In this document: piece by piece, positions 27,405 through 42,889 of the stretch
Numbering within the stretch: the stretch's first letter is position 1
Layout of the letters: every line of letters starts with the position of its first letter
NCBI GenBank assembly: GCA_964016885.1
Contig: OZ024758.1
Coordinates: 18,476,001-18,540,000 of the forward strand
Direction: 5' to 3'
From: Eledone cirrhosa
Taxonomy: Eukaryota
DNA length: 64,000 nt
The notes under the pieces: generated by a model
The model's database searches: none
Told to the model about the DNA's origin: nothing
Seen by the model: the letters and a program-made list of their open reading frames with translations, nothing else
Program-made: the position numbers and the translations under genes

Positions 27405-27518
27405 TATAGGTATATATATATACACATATATATAGGTATATATATATATTATGAAGAGAGAAGAAACATTTAGATATAATTAGTAATAAAATGTATCATA
27501 CCTAAACTGTTCCTAAAT

Positions 27519-27606
27519 TCCTCGACTACGTAGTTTCGTGGCATAAACAAAAACAATATATCAAAGATATAGAGTCCTTGCGAGGTCTGCCGACTTATCA
27601 AGAGGA
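27519..27606 (-). ncRNA. Type I hammerhead ribozyme, U3-A8 core, unit 1
   Basis: Minus strand: UCCUC-UUGAUAA-GU(C)GGCA...UGCCAC-GAA-ACUACGUAGU-C-GAGGA. GUC site, predicted cut between 27524 and 27523. Confidence 0.8.
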
Positions 27607-28109
27607 TACCTCATTTTACTAGTCTCAAGAACGCATCTACACGACGTGAGAAAGAATCCCAAAAGGCGGAGGGGGAGATAGTCACGCGATATAACGGTCG
27701 AGAAACAGAGCTAAGCCTCTTATAACCACGAAAAAAATACCACGGAGGCGGAGGGGGTATTCATATCGAGGCCGCAGAAGAGGTAGTGAAGAAGGCGAGA
27801 AGTATGAGTAATGGAAGCTTTCCAGTTGTCCCCACACTTCAAAGATTGCTCGACCAGAGGGAGTTATTAATACATTTAGAAACACACAGATACATGCGGA
27901 CACACACATATATACATTAATGCATCCGCACCCAACTGTGAGTTAAGGGTGCCAACTTCACCGATGTTGCTCAATGAATGACTGGGACAGACCAATTCAG
28001 TTTGAACCAGACTGAACCAGTATCAGAGTTAAAAATACATTATGAAGAGAGAAGAAACATTTAGATATAATTAGTAATAAAATGTATCATACCTAAACTG
28101 TTCCTAAAT

Positions 28110-28197
28110 TCATCGACTACGTAGTTTCGTGGCATAAACAAAAACAATATATCAAAGATATAGAGTCCTTGCGAGGTCTGCCGACTTATCAAGAGGA
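28110..28197 (-). ncRNA. Type I hammerhead ribozyme, unit 2 (stem I mismatch at 28112)
   Basis: Same as unit 1 except tcctc is tcatc on the + strand. Confidence 0.7.
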
Positions 28198-28700
28198 TAC
28201 CTCATTTTACTAGTCTCAAGAACGCGTCTACACGACGTGAGAAAGAATCCCAAAAGGCGGAGGGGGAGATAGTCACGCGATATAACGGTCGAGAAACAGA
28301 GCTAAGCCTCTTATAACCACGAAAAAAATACCACGGAGGCGGAGGGGGTATTCATATCGAGGCCGCAGAAGAGGTAGTGAAGAAGGCGAGAAGTATGAGT
28401 AATGGAAGCTTTCCAGTTGTCCCCACACTTCAAAGATTGCTCGACCAGAGGGAGTTATTAATACATTTAGAAACACACAGATATATGCGGACACACACAT
28501 ATATACATGAATGCATCCGCACCCAACTGTGAGTTAAGGGTGCCAACTTCACCGATGTTGCTCAATGAATGACTGGGACAGACCAATTCAGTTTGAACCA
28601 GACTGAACCAGTATCAGAGTTAAAAATACATTATGAAGAGAGAAGAAACTTTTAGATATAATTAGTAATAAAATGTATCATACCTAAACTGTTCCTAAAT

Positions 28701-28788
28701 TCCTCGACTACGTAGTTTCGTGGCATAAACAAAAACAATATATCAAAGATATAGAGTCCTTGCGAGGTCTGCCGACTTATCAAGAGGA
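28701..28788 (-). ncRNA. Type I hammerhead ribozyme, unit 3
   Basis: Same motif as unit 1. Confidence 0.8.
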
Positions 28789-29291
28789 TACCTCATTTTA
28801 CTAGTCTCAAGAACGCGTCTACACGACGTGAGAAAGAATCCCAAAAGGCGGAGGGGGAGATAGTCACGCGATATAACGGTCGAGAAACAGAGCTAAGCCT
28901 CTTATAACCACGAAAAAAATACCACGGAGGCGGAGGGGGTATTCATATCGAGGCCGCAGAAGAGGTAGTGAAGAAGGCGAGAAGTATGAGTAATGGAAGC
29001 TTTCCAGTTGTCCCCACACTTCAAAGATTGCTCGACCAGAGGGAGTTATTAATACATTTAGAAACACACAGATACATGCGGACACACACATATATACATG
29101 AATGCATCCGCACCCAACTGTGAGTTAAGGGTGCCAACTTCACCGATGTTGCTCAATGAATGACTGGGACAGACCAATTCAGTTTGAACCAGACTGAACC
29201 AGTATCAGAGTTAAAAATACATTATGAAGAGAGAAGAAACATTTAGATATAATTAGTAATAAAATGTATCATACCTAAACTGTTCCTAAAT

Positions 29292-29379
29292 TCCTCGACT
29301 ACGTAGTTTCGTGGCATAAACAAAAACAATATATCAAAGATATAGAGTCCTTGCGAGGTCTGCCGACTTATCAAGAGGA
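29292..29379 (-). ncRNA. Type I hammerhead ribozyme, unit 4
   Basis: Same motif as unit 1. Confidence 0.8.
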
Positions 29380-29875
29380 TACCTCATTTTACTAGTCTCA
29401 AGAACGCGTCTACACGACGTGAGAAAGAATCCCAAAAGGCGGAGGGGGAGATAGTCACGCGATATAACGGTCGAGAAACAGAGCTAAGCCTCTTATAACC
29501 ACGAAAAAAATACCACGGAGGCGGAGGGGGTATTCATATCGAGGCCGCAGAAGAGGTAGTGAAGAAGGCGAGAAGTATGAGTAATGGAAGCTTTCCAGTT
29601 GTCCCCACACTTCAAAGATTGCTCGACCAGAGGGAGTTATTAATACATTTAGAAACACACAGATACATGCGGACACACACATATATACATGAATGCATCC
29701 GCACCCAACTGTGAGTTAAGGGTGCCAACTTCACCGATGTTGCTCAATGAATGACTGGGACAGACCAATTCAGTTTGAACCAGACTGAACCAGTATCAGA
29801 GTTAAAAATACATTATGAAGAGAGAAGAAACATTTAGATATAATTAGTAATAAAATGTATCATACCTAAACTGTT

Positions 29876-31192
<1,317 letters not shown>

Positions 31193-31211
31193 ATATATAT
31201 ATATATATATA

Positions 31212-31316
<105 letters not shown>

Positions 31317-31345
31317 CTATATATATATATATATATATATATGCC

Positions 31346-31435
<90 letters not shown>

Positions 31436-31962
31436 CGTATGGGAACGGTCTTCATCCGAGGAGTAAAATCATTACGAGTTATAGTTCCTCGACATGTACC
31501 GCATTGAATCCGAGGAAAATGATAGTGTGACTTCATTATGTGAACATGGTTCTAAATATAAGATATTATTACACCGATTTTGTTATCAGTAATGTTGCAA
31601 TAATATATTGATTGATAAAATCGAGTAGCATTCACCTTGATAATATTAGCACCATGCCGATTGAAGCTAGTGCAAAGAAAAGATTTTGATAAATACATAA
31701 ATCTATCGATATAATAACACTAAAAGAGAACGGGATGTTGAAATGTGTATCATACATCGTACGTTTACACAAATTCGTTCTTGAATTTAATGGAAATTTT
31801 GAAAGCAAATAAATACAATGAATATATGCAAATCGTCAGAGATAACGTCTAACTTGAGGAAATTATGCGAGAGTGTAGGAATTACAGATGATTGTCATTT
31901 GAAGCTAATGTTACCGGAAATATTGTTATGTACTCCAAGCTATATTTACAAATTGATGTTGT

Positions 31963-32470
<508 letters not shown>

Positions 32471-32588
32471 AAATATGATAGAGCGATTTCCGATAGAAGT
32501 CATCAACAAACTGATCAATGAGAAATGCTAGTAGGCAAGTGCATCTTACTGCGGGACATTCTTTCTCTCTTTCTCTTTAGACATATCT

Positions 32589-32629
<41 letters not shown>

Positions 32630-32638
32630 AGCAAACTA

Positions 32639-32748
<110 letters not shown>

Positions 32749-32814
32749 GAGGGAGAGAGAGATAGAGCAAGCGAGAGAGAGAGAATGAGACAGAGAGATG
32801 GAGAGAGAGAGAGC

Positions 32815-32962
32815 AAAGAGGGTGTGGTAAGATAACGGGTGGACCATAATACACAATAATTAGGGTAGTAGAGTGGGTAATAGGAACGGATTCAGGACCC
32901 CGACGGCTGAGCTCCGGCCAGACGTCTCGACAGCTAGATCGTACTCTAGCTGTCCAAACGGC
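32815..32962 (-). mobile_element. Family C diverged copy
   Basis: agggtagtagagtgggtaataggaac...gaccccgacggctgagctc and a gacagctaga/tctagctgtc fold-back. Confidence 0.75.
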
Positions 32963-33013
32963 ATATATGGATATGTGTAGAATATAAATACTTATACACA
33001 TGTACATGCATAC

Positions 33014-33103
<90 letters not shown>

Positions 33104-33340
33104 ATGTATATAACATATCAGGAGGCTGGACTGGTGTAAATCCTTGAAATGTTTATTATACTATGATCATTTCAATAACCGGGTTAAGTATGAATAAAAC
33201 CGGCGACATCAGTAGGCATTCAAAATGTAACAATGGAATATAATAGATAAAATCCATGGGGCTGAAAATCAGAGACGACCGACTATTTACCAACTTCCAC
33301 CTCGGTGGCCGCCCTCAACCTAAATAAATAAATATGTATA

Positions 33341-33384
<44 letters not shown>

Positions 33385-34075
33385 TTGCTCTGATTGGTTA
33401 TAATTTAATTAATTAATTCGTTATTGAGCCACATCGTGAATAGTTGCCAAAAACACACATATAAATATCTTTGACTTTGTTAAGTTTATGTATATGTAAA
33501 TCTTTAAATTTGATAATCTCCCATATGGTTGAGAAGCAATTTAGGCAGTATTAGGCTGCGCTTTCTAGCAACCAGCCTACTCGCCGTATGGCACCAATCA
33601 CATTCTTTCTGTCTTGACCACTGCCACATCACAGTTCTTAGCCATTTTGTATTCGTTTCTGGCGGGGATCATTTAAGAAATATCTTCGTCGAAGTGAGTT
33701 TGTTCCCTGATGATTTCGAAACTCGTGAATTTATGCTTGATCGGATATTTCCAAAAGGCGAATGAAATTTCATGGGGTAGAAACATAATTTTGGTATGCT
33801 TATATACTTTTTTTCTTCTAACTTTGATTTTATACCTAATTGTCTATTGACGATATATTTAATCGATTTCCACATGTTATTAGAAATGGTGGGTAAATAT
33901 TCTACAGCTGTTGATCGAGGATAGATAGCTGTCGTTTATTTATCTATTATTTCTTCATAGGTGCCTTTTAATCTTATAGCCATTTTTAATTGGTTTTTGT
34001 GTGGTTGATTATGCTGATTGTGAGAGGAAATAATGTATATATTTTATCAAATGATTCTATGGACATTCTTTATTG

Positions 34076-34148
<73 letters not shown>

Positions 34149-34764
34149 ATGAATATATGTATAATATATACTTATACACATGTACATACATACTTTTATA
34201 TATATATATATATATAAACTGAAAGGTATTCAAGTGCTAGTGTAAAATTGTGAAAGATATAATAAACACCAACTTAAAAATAAATTCGAATAATTTACAA
34301 TTCATATGTTCAGAACCCGTAACAATTTGGCCTATTAATTTAAATATGTAGGTGTGTAATGCGCATTGTAATACAAGGTATATATCTTGTCTATAGGCAC
34401 TGCAATATCTCAACCTTTTCTGAACGAATGAAATGAAGAGAAACATAATATTGCATGAGAGTATTATATTTCTTAACTGATACAGATTCCTTTCATTGAA
34501 TTGGAATGCAGATCAATGAACCCGGAGTATGAAGCTATGTACACTCAATTTACTACCATCATCAAAAACATTTTTATCATAAATTATGCATAATTCTTTT
34601 CCTATGATAATCATGAAATAAAGTTAGTGTTTTTTTTACACATTTACATCATGAATTATATAAGATATTTGAAAATAACAAAAAAATAAACAGTTCACAT
34701 ATTATATTGATTTCTTTTTAGTACACTCCAAACCACGGTTTAATGGCCAAAAATCTATAATCGA

Positions 34765-34839
<75 letters not shown>

Positions 34840-36554
34840 GTACTTTATTATTGTCAAAATGGGTTGCATTCGCTGCAAAGTTTTAGCTGTCCATCTTTGA
34901 TTCCAGTGTATGGAAATACTTTGAAATGTATATCCAGACAAGCTTCCATTTCTGCAAACGAGACACAAGGTGTAAGATAAATATTGATTTAATTCAGCTA
35001 GTAGCAAATAACCCACATGTAACGGATGGTGAACTCGGGCAAATGTGTTTCACCTATCTGAAAAGCATTATATGATAGACTCATATACACATTATATAAG
35101 GATATACTGATGGTGTCTATCAGATCCCTAGTTACCTGTACCCTTACCTTCTACTAATGCACTTGACAAATGCATGAAGATAACTGTAATTGTCTGAATA
35201 GAACTATTAAGCAAATATGAAATAACACATATCTATACACCTCTGTGATAAAGTATGAATATATTCTAGGAAGCAATATTATCTCATTCATACATCTGGG
35301 GTATTTTTTCCAGCTCAATGTTATTCCTAGTAGCCACTCTCAAAAATGCACACATGTAAAAGCAACATTATTTAAAAAACCTTTTCAATGTCATATGATT
35401 TATGTTTTCCTTCTTGTTATTTACATACATACATTCCCATTAGCTTTCGATGCGATCTTTAGAAATAGCAACTGTTTAAATCTTGGTTAAATATTAATAT
35501 GACAATTATCTCAAATACAGCAATGTCATGTCAAGGGAGATTTTTTTTCCTCTTTGTAAGCAATGTTTGTTTGACAAGCAGAATATTCTGTCAATAGAAA
35601 ATATAAATTCAACGGATGTCTACAGTACTTGAGATTTGAAGCTGTCATTTTAGAAAAAAACACAAATAGACGGTCAGTGAATTTATCTAATTTCAGAAAG
35701 ATTTCTTTAAAATTCTTTCTCTTTCAACGATGAAGGACTTACAAGCATGTAATTATGTGCCGCTATATATTATTTGATATTTATGTTAGATATAGAACAA
35801 CCAGTAAGCAATGTTAGCTAAGGCTAAATATACGGTGTAAATAACCGCCAGTCATTTACAGTCAATTTCCTTTGTGATTGACTCAGTTTGCCAGCTGGTA
35901 TAATCCTAAGAAACGTATATACATATTTGTATACATATGTATACTATACGTTGTGAAATAAGGTATTTTATATCGTGAGGTGAAGTATAATTCTTGTATT
36001 TGTAAGGACATTTACAAAGATCCAAAGCGTGATTGGCGAGATGTAAACATTCATTTTAAAATCCTTATTAAATAAAGAAATCAAATACGAGTTTACACAT
36101 CGTAGGTTATAATATATTTCTAACACATATACACACGCAGCGCGGGTGTGTATATATAAATGTAATCTGAGTTTTTCGAATATTAATAGTGATGTTCGAT
36201 CGTTTGCAATTATGCAAACAACCTCTTTAAGCCACGTCAGTAGAATGACCCCCTCATTCTTGCTCTTTTTTGGCATGTAAACATAACTGTAGACTAATTT
36301 GTCTGGGTGATTACCCTTCATTGGTGCAGTTTACTCTTCATCTGCCAACTGTCAGAGCTAGTGAAAATATGATATTTTCTAAAATATACAGTGACTTTAT
36401 ATATATATGCTACTTCATGTAAATTCCACTAACAATCTGTTCTGGTGTTCGTGTTAAATAGAACCCTCACGTAAGAATAAATTAATATTCAACAGAGGAG
36501 CAGTTTTATATTTGACCTGTTTGTTTTATGTTATATTAAGGTAAACCCCTTAAT

Positions 36555-36870
36555 AGGCGCATGTCTTATTGGTTAGACGATTGGGTTTGCAATGGAGAGA
36601 ATGCGACATAGATACTCAGCCAGGGTGATGCATTGAGTTCTTGAGCAATACACTTTATTTCACTTTATTCAGCTGTAGAAATGGTGCCAAGCTTTATCGG
36701 CAATTACCTTTCGTTTGGACAATATATTTGCCATGGAGAGCGGCGACTGATATGCATGGATTAATACTGGCCTTCCATAAATAACATTGCCTAGATGTGT
36801 ACTTCGAGGGGAACATTCTAGGTGCAGATGCTATCGTCATTCATGACTGAAGTGGGTCGTCTTTACCCAT
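36555..36870 (+). mobile_element. Old degenerate SINE S2
   Basis: Head aggcgcatgtcttattggttaga and core cttgagcaatacactttatttcac match S2. The 3' boundary is uncertain. Confidence 0.6.
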
Positions 36871-37943
36871 AAACCGTAATGTAGCGTTTGAACAAGCTGG
36901 AAGTGTTAAAATAGCACATAACCTAAAGAGTTAATTCTATTAATGTCAATCTTCTAACATGGTATACCAGAATGCAAAAGGCCCAGTAAAAGAAGGATGG
37001 CATTTCAATAAATATTACATTTAACAATTTCAGGATTAATTATCTTCTTACACACCATAGAGATTCGAAATGTTATAAGCCAGATATCATATAAACTCAG
37101 CCAGCTGTCCTTCTTCTTATTTTAACTTGGACAACAGAAATGAATGTGTTATCACTTTGAGCTTAGTGCCAAAGAAATCGATTAAAAAAACATAATTGTA
37201 ATACTAAAGCTTCTTCTTATAGATAGCCGTTGTTCTCTCGGTGTTCATTTATAGTAAATCACCATGTACGTGCTGAGATTTTATAACTGCTACACTATTA
37301 TATGATCAGTTTATATTGAAAAAAAAAAAAAAAAAAATAGCTGCCATATTGTGATAATTTTTACGCTTTAATCTTATCACAATCCTTGTGGCCCGATAGT
37401 GCCTGAGTTGAATGCATTGCAGGTATTTTGCATATTTTCAGGTAATATTACATGATATATATCTAATTTATATTCTACAATTTTTTCTGCTTGAGATTTA
37501 TACGATAGCACTTCACAATATTCGGCATAATATGTAAATTTAAATTTTGACACTGTATATCTTCGTATTTCTGTTCACAATTGTCACTCAGTGTAGAGGT
37601 GCACATATCTGTAAATCAGGCGGTCTATATGTATTTGTGTACATATTTGAATTTATTAATTTGCGAATATGAATTTTGACATTTTTGTTTAATATATTTT
37701 GTGTTGCAGAAACATAATTTATTACTATATGTCTTCAGTCTGTTCAGTATGAATAACAAAAGGAAATTAATTTATCATAGTTTAGGATGATTCACTGTAG
37801 CAGGTATACATTTCTATTTAGAATAATCGAATTTTGAATTGGATGGTCTGTTGCACAGTGCTATCGTCATGATATTTTGAACTATTATACTATATTACTC
37901 TGCCAGTCTACAGCTAGGTTAGCTGGGAATAAAATATACCAAC

Positions 37944-38003
<60 letters not shown>

Positions 38004-40179
38004 ACATACATACATATATATATATATATACATATGTACGTGTATGTGTGTATATGTGTCTGTGAGTCTGATTTTAAGTGCGTTTGACTGCAATTTTCCG
38101 ACGCTATTGTAGAATTTCATTGAGACGTTACAGATGGATTTCTTCAGCGGAAAACGGTGCCACACTTCATATTAATTTAGTTTCTGACCAGCTATCATTT
38201 TAAAATCTATCATCAGAAAAAACTCATCTAAAGCACATAAAAATAAAGCGATGTTTTACTATGAACGACATTAATTATCTCACCAAAAACTGGGATATTA
38301 AGTGCAGCTCGATTGCACAGTTTCCATGTACGGATACTGATTCATAGAGTTTTATTGAATGTAATGAAAATAGAAGAAGCCTGAAAGGAAGGTCGTAATC
38401 ATGTTGCCAAACCTGATATTATATAATTGCAAATAAAGTGGGTAACTGCACACCAATACGTAAAATATTTGTATTCAGTGTTCATAGAGAATATATATTC
38501 TGGTATCGTTTGATTAGCATCGAAACTAGTGTAAATTTTAAGGCTTGGTAGGTTTCCTTAATGATTTGTTAACACACATCTGCTTTATATCATTCTTTCT
38601 TCAATGCCGTTATATATTGACAAAACTCTTATGTCCTTGCAGGAAATACGTTGGTAAAAAGTGCAGGATTTGTGTATTACAGTGTAATCTAATTCGTTCC
38701 GTTTATTGGTACCTATATCTTGACCAATTGTATTCGTCTCATTGTTTAATATATCCCATATCAGGGACGTACGTATATCAATTTGCTACGTGGCTTTTAT
38801 TGATTTATCACAGATTAGATATAGTTGGAAATTCGCTCGTGTTTCTGAATATATGTGGCAATGGGAATGACTGCGCAGTTGGTAAAAGTGTGGCTAGTCG
38901 CCGAATAAGACCTGTTTTATTTTATATACTTTTAGGAAAGGTTTCAGAATTGAGAGTAATAGGTTTGAAGTTTATTTCTCTCTCCCTGATTGTCTTTAGT
39001 GTACCAGTAATTTGGAATTCTCTATTGATTTCTTCTGATTATAGTCTTTTTCTTTTATTTTAATGTTCCGTTATTTTCTACGTTCAATGATGGAATTACA
39101 TTCCATTTAGTGTATTTATGTTTCATGGAAGTAATTTATTTTCCTTTCTTCATTCCTTATTATGCTAATATCTTGACATTTCGCTACTATCCTGGCTTAT
39201 ATTCTAATGAACATTTTATCCCAGATACTTATTTACATCAAATCCCAATCGAAAATTTGACGAAGAAGATCGTTTTAGACTTGATGCCTCATGACGAAAC
39301 TGAAAGAGATCCGGCGTTCTCTATAACAGTAGTGAGGTTGACATGGAAATTGAAATAATGTTGTGAACTACAGCAAGATAAAAAATGTTTCCTGGACATA
39401 TGAAAGCGTTTGCAATATCTACGAGCCAAGAGACCGATAAAAAAGAACCCTCCTTTCCTAAAGCATAGCATAAATATCATATGAATTATAGACGCTATGG
39501 GAGTCAAAACAAAAAGTATCTGACATAAAAAAAGGTTGAAGATAAACTAAATAAAGAAAAGAAAGGAACCCGAACAACAAGTATAGAAAATGATATCAGA
39601 TAACGTAGCTTAATTTAACATGCGTATCTGTGTATTTATGTATGTGGGTTTTTGTGAGTGCATGCGTGTGTCTGTGTGTGTGTGTGTTTGAAGAATGTTT
39701 ATGTTTGTATGTTATGTTATGTACGTGAGTTTGGTTCCCTTTGTATTTTAATTTTTTTCCCATCCTTGCCATTTACGAATAAGGAATGTTGATAACATTC
39801 TGGAAATGTCTTGCATAGTATATTATAATGGAAGATTAATCATGACAGAGAAAATGATTACCTATTTGTGCATTTCCAAGACAAGTTCTATATGTTATAA
39901 CGTACTTGTATATATTTCAACTGCAATATAAATGTTTCATAAAAAATAATTTCGAACTCAATCATATAACCGCGATTTCCTCTCAACGATTAAGTCTTTG
40001 GCATTTTCATTTGTCTTTTGAGAATCTGTGTGTGATGATGTCTTTTTTTTAAACAGATTTACGCAGAAATATAAGACTCATTTATACAAGTATCCCACTC
40101 TCTCTCTCTCTTTCTATCGCTCTCTCTATCTCTTTCTCTTTTTATCACTCTCCCACTCTATATCTATCATTCTATCTAT

Positions 40180-40237
<58 letters not shown>

Positions 40238-40602
40238 GTCTATATGTCTATATGTCTGCCTATGTATTCGTCTATTTTGCTATCTAGTTGCCTATCTATA
40301 TGTTTATCTATATCTATCTATGTATTAATTTATTTATAAATGCACGCACATGCACACATATAATCCACGCATAGCTTACCTAAGTAAATACGAAATGTAA
40401 AATGTTGGAAGAAATTGATGGTAAAACAATAATACAAGCAGTATAGGAAATGATATTGCAAAAATAATTGCATGCAATATATAGGTATCATAATTGAACC
40501 AGTAAGCAAGCACATATATATATACACAGAAATGTGTAGATATTTCTATATATTTATTTATGTCTTTCATCAGAATGCTATTCCAGAGAGGAAACAAGTG
40601 TT

Positions 40603-40700
40603 GAAACGGCAAGAGCTCAGCCGCCGTGTCCCAACTCTTTATAATATAATCCCACTCTACTATCCCAAGTATCGAGTACTCTTTTGAGTAATGGTCTAAC
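40603..40700 (+). mobile_element. Degenerate family C fragment
   Basis: gaaacggcaagagctcagccg...cccactctactatcccaagtatcgagtact. Confidence 0.65.
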
Positions 40701-40766
40701 AAGTTTCAAACTGATTTCCAATTCCAACTCACCCGTCCTCTCAATCTATCTTATTTCTCATTCTTC

Positions 40767-40800
40767 CTTCTGATGAAGGACCAGCGTCAGAAACGTTAAG
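40767..40800 (+). ncRNA. Minimal type I hammerhead motif (slightly degenerate)
   Basis: ctt-CUGAUGA-ag-gac(cagc)gtc-a-GAA-acgt-t-aag, with palindromic stem III. Confidence 0.6.
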
Positions 40801-40882
40801 ACCCTCTTCCTGCTATTTCAATATTTAACCTAAAATATTCCTTCCATATACTGTACCGATTGTGTTGTTATTCCTGTTCACC

Positions 40883-40960
<78 letters not shown>

Positions 40961-40996
40961 ACACACACGCACATACACCCACACACCCACACATAC

Positions 40997-41032
<36 letters not shown>

Positions 41033-41245
41033 GTAGTACACTGAAAGGTAATATCCCTAGTGGTAGAGCACTCAGTCCATGGGACGAGTTAGGTAGAAGT
41101 GTTTACACAACAGTTAGTTCACCATACCGAGAACAATTGTTTCACCTTAGCGGATCCTCAGCTCGTAATGGACCTTTACGAGCTGAGGATCCGCTAAGGT
41201 CAAACAATTGTATTCGATATGGTGAACTAACTGCTGTTTAACCAG

Positions 41246-41248
<3 letters not shown>
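41033..41248 (-). mobile_element. Family E asymmetric palindrome with two HHR motifs
   Basis: HHR at 41128-41165 (-): cgag-CUGAGGA-tcc(gctaa)ggt-GAA-acaattgt-t-ctcg. The plus copy at 41179-41216 has GAAA changed to CAAA and a GUA site. Confidence 0.8.
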
Positions 41249-41322
<74 letters not shown>

Positions 41323-41710
41323 TATATAGATATATATATATATAAACATTAGAGTGTCTTGGTTAAATAACGATACTTCAGTATGCAAGGTAGAGCACTC
41401 AACGATACGCGTAGGTGGGTCTGTTTTTTCCGGATTAGTTTAAAAACTAGAAGTGTAATTCAACAGTTTAACAATAATCTCGTTTATTCATATTTACCAT
41501 TATATATATTTGGGTTATACAATTATGTAACAATATATATACTTGCAAATAAATATAAAGTTTCGTATGTAAATGTGTAAGTATACGTGTTCAAACTATA
41601 TTTGCTTACGGCTTCAACACTCACAAACATAAGCACTTATATTCTCTTCGTTTGCTAAGATGCTTTGCTAAATAACAACGTTTAATTCAGGCCATGTCCT
41701 ACTTATATTT

Positions 41711-42159
41711 AACTAGACCTGAAAAATGCGCAAGCTCAAAAAAGCCACAGAATGTTATAATAAACCTTCAAAAGTGTGAGACTAGAGTTGTTGCTCAAAA
41801 TATTGTAATCATTATCTGTCGTACACTCTATGGCATCCTTTTATAAAAAAGTGACTCATAACGAACTCAAGACGACACGATAATTATTTCAGCTAATGTT
41901 CAATATCACATATTAGATGTTTTGTAGTGATTAATACGAAATGCACTTAAACCGAATTCTATATTATAATTCACTTAAATAATTCTCGTGTCGTCTTGAG
42001 ATCGTTATGAGTCTCTTTTTTGTTATAAAAGGATGCCACAGAGTGTACGATAGATAATGATTACAATATCTTTGAGCAAAAACTCTAGTCCCACACTTTT
42101 GAAGGTTTATTATAACATTCTGTGGCTCTTTTGAGCTTACGCATTTTTCAGGTCTAGTT
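41711..42159. mobile_element. Foldback/MITE-like element with ~180-bp imperfect terminal inverted repeats
   Basis: aactagacctgaaaaatgcg... at 41711-41890 versus ...cgcatttttcaggtctagtt at 41976-42159. Symmetric, no HHR, not in (TA)n. Confidence 0.75.
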
Positions 42160-42889
42160 TAATATTATCTTAAGGCAACGCTTGTAATAACTCTAGTTAA
42201 ATATGATATATATTAATAATAAAGTATCGTTGTAATGTAATTAGATTATATAATTGTTATTTTATAAATGATCTTATAAATATATTGTAAGATGTATAAA
42301 ATTATTTTCAGACTTTTAATATAAACAACTACAAAAAACAATCAATATTAAATAAATATATTTTACATAATAATTGTTATAGTTGAATTAATAACAATTA
42401 AATATTACATACAAATAGTCTAACATATTAATAAAAAAATAATCTAACATAATAATAATAAAATAATCTAACATAAAAAGATAAATAATATGGACATATA
42501 TACAAGTAAATATGATACAACCAATATAGTAAGCATGTTATAACGAACTGAAAAAAAATAGTTAATATAAATTTAGAAAATCATATATAAATTAACAATA
42601 TAATTTACCAAAACGAGAAAAATATGTTGATGATAATACGACAAAATACAGGAGAGAGGTCCGAAAGCGAAACGATAAATAAACGTGCAAACAAAACGCT
42701 TTTGAGCAACAATTACTCTCGTTGGTTGATTAGCCAATAAGACGATGAAATTAGCCAATAAGACGATACATTACAAAACATGTTTGGAAGGAATCGCCAC
42801 GGCCAGCGATACCCCTTGAATATTTTATTCACAAGCTACACATATATTGTCAGAACAACATGCATACTTAAAACATTCTGTTGTTAGTC

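Larger units (their letters stand above)
27448..29875 (-). mobile_element. Tandem array of a 591-bp HHR-containing non-coding unit (retrozyme-like), 4 copies plus 64 bp
   Basis: Units start at 27448, 28039, 28630, 29221 and 29812 and differ by a few substitutions. One HHR per unit. Embedded in GG-interrupted (TA)n. Confidence 0.85.

Noticed and set aside
27682-29682. Four repeated 75-aa ORFs in the 591-bp units
   Set aside because: They start at a non-ATG codon in a CA run, show no recognisable domain, and recur only because the unit is repeated.
27448-29875. CRISPR array or rDNA/snRNA tandem cluster
   Set aside because: There are no unique spacers and no recognisable 5S, tRNA or snRNA sequence.
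33700-33730. ctgatga-tttc-gaaac as a hammerhead
   Set aside because: No stem II or stem I, and no valid NUH triplet.
34840-35055. Minus-strand splice-acceptor-like sites (tttgcag, ttttcag)
   Set aside because: No recognisable protein in any frame; a gene cannot be supported without RNA data.
38545-39063. 172-aa ORF, and the 44268-44507 and 9247-9456 ORFs
   Set aside because: Non-ATG starts, AT-rich low-information composition, no recognisable motifs and no consistent splice phases.
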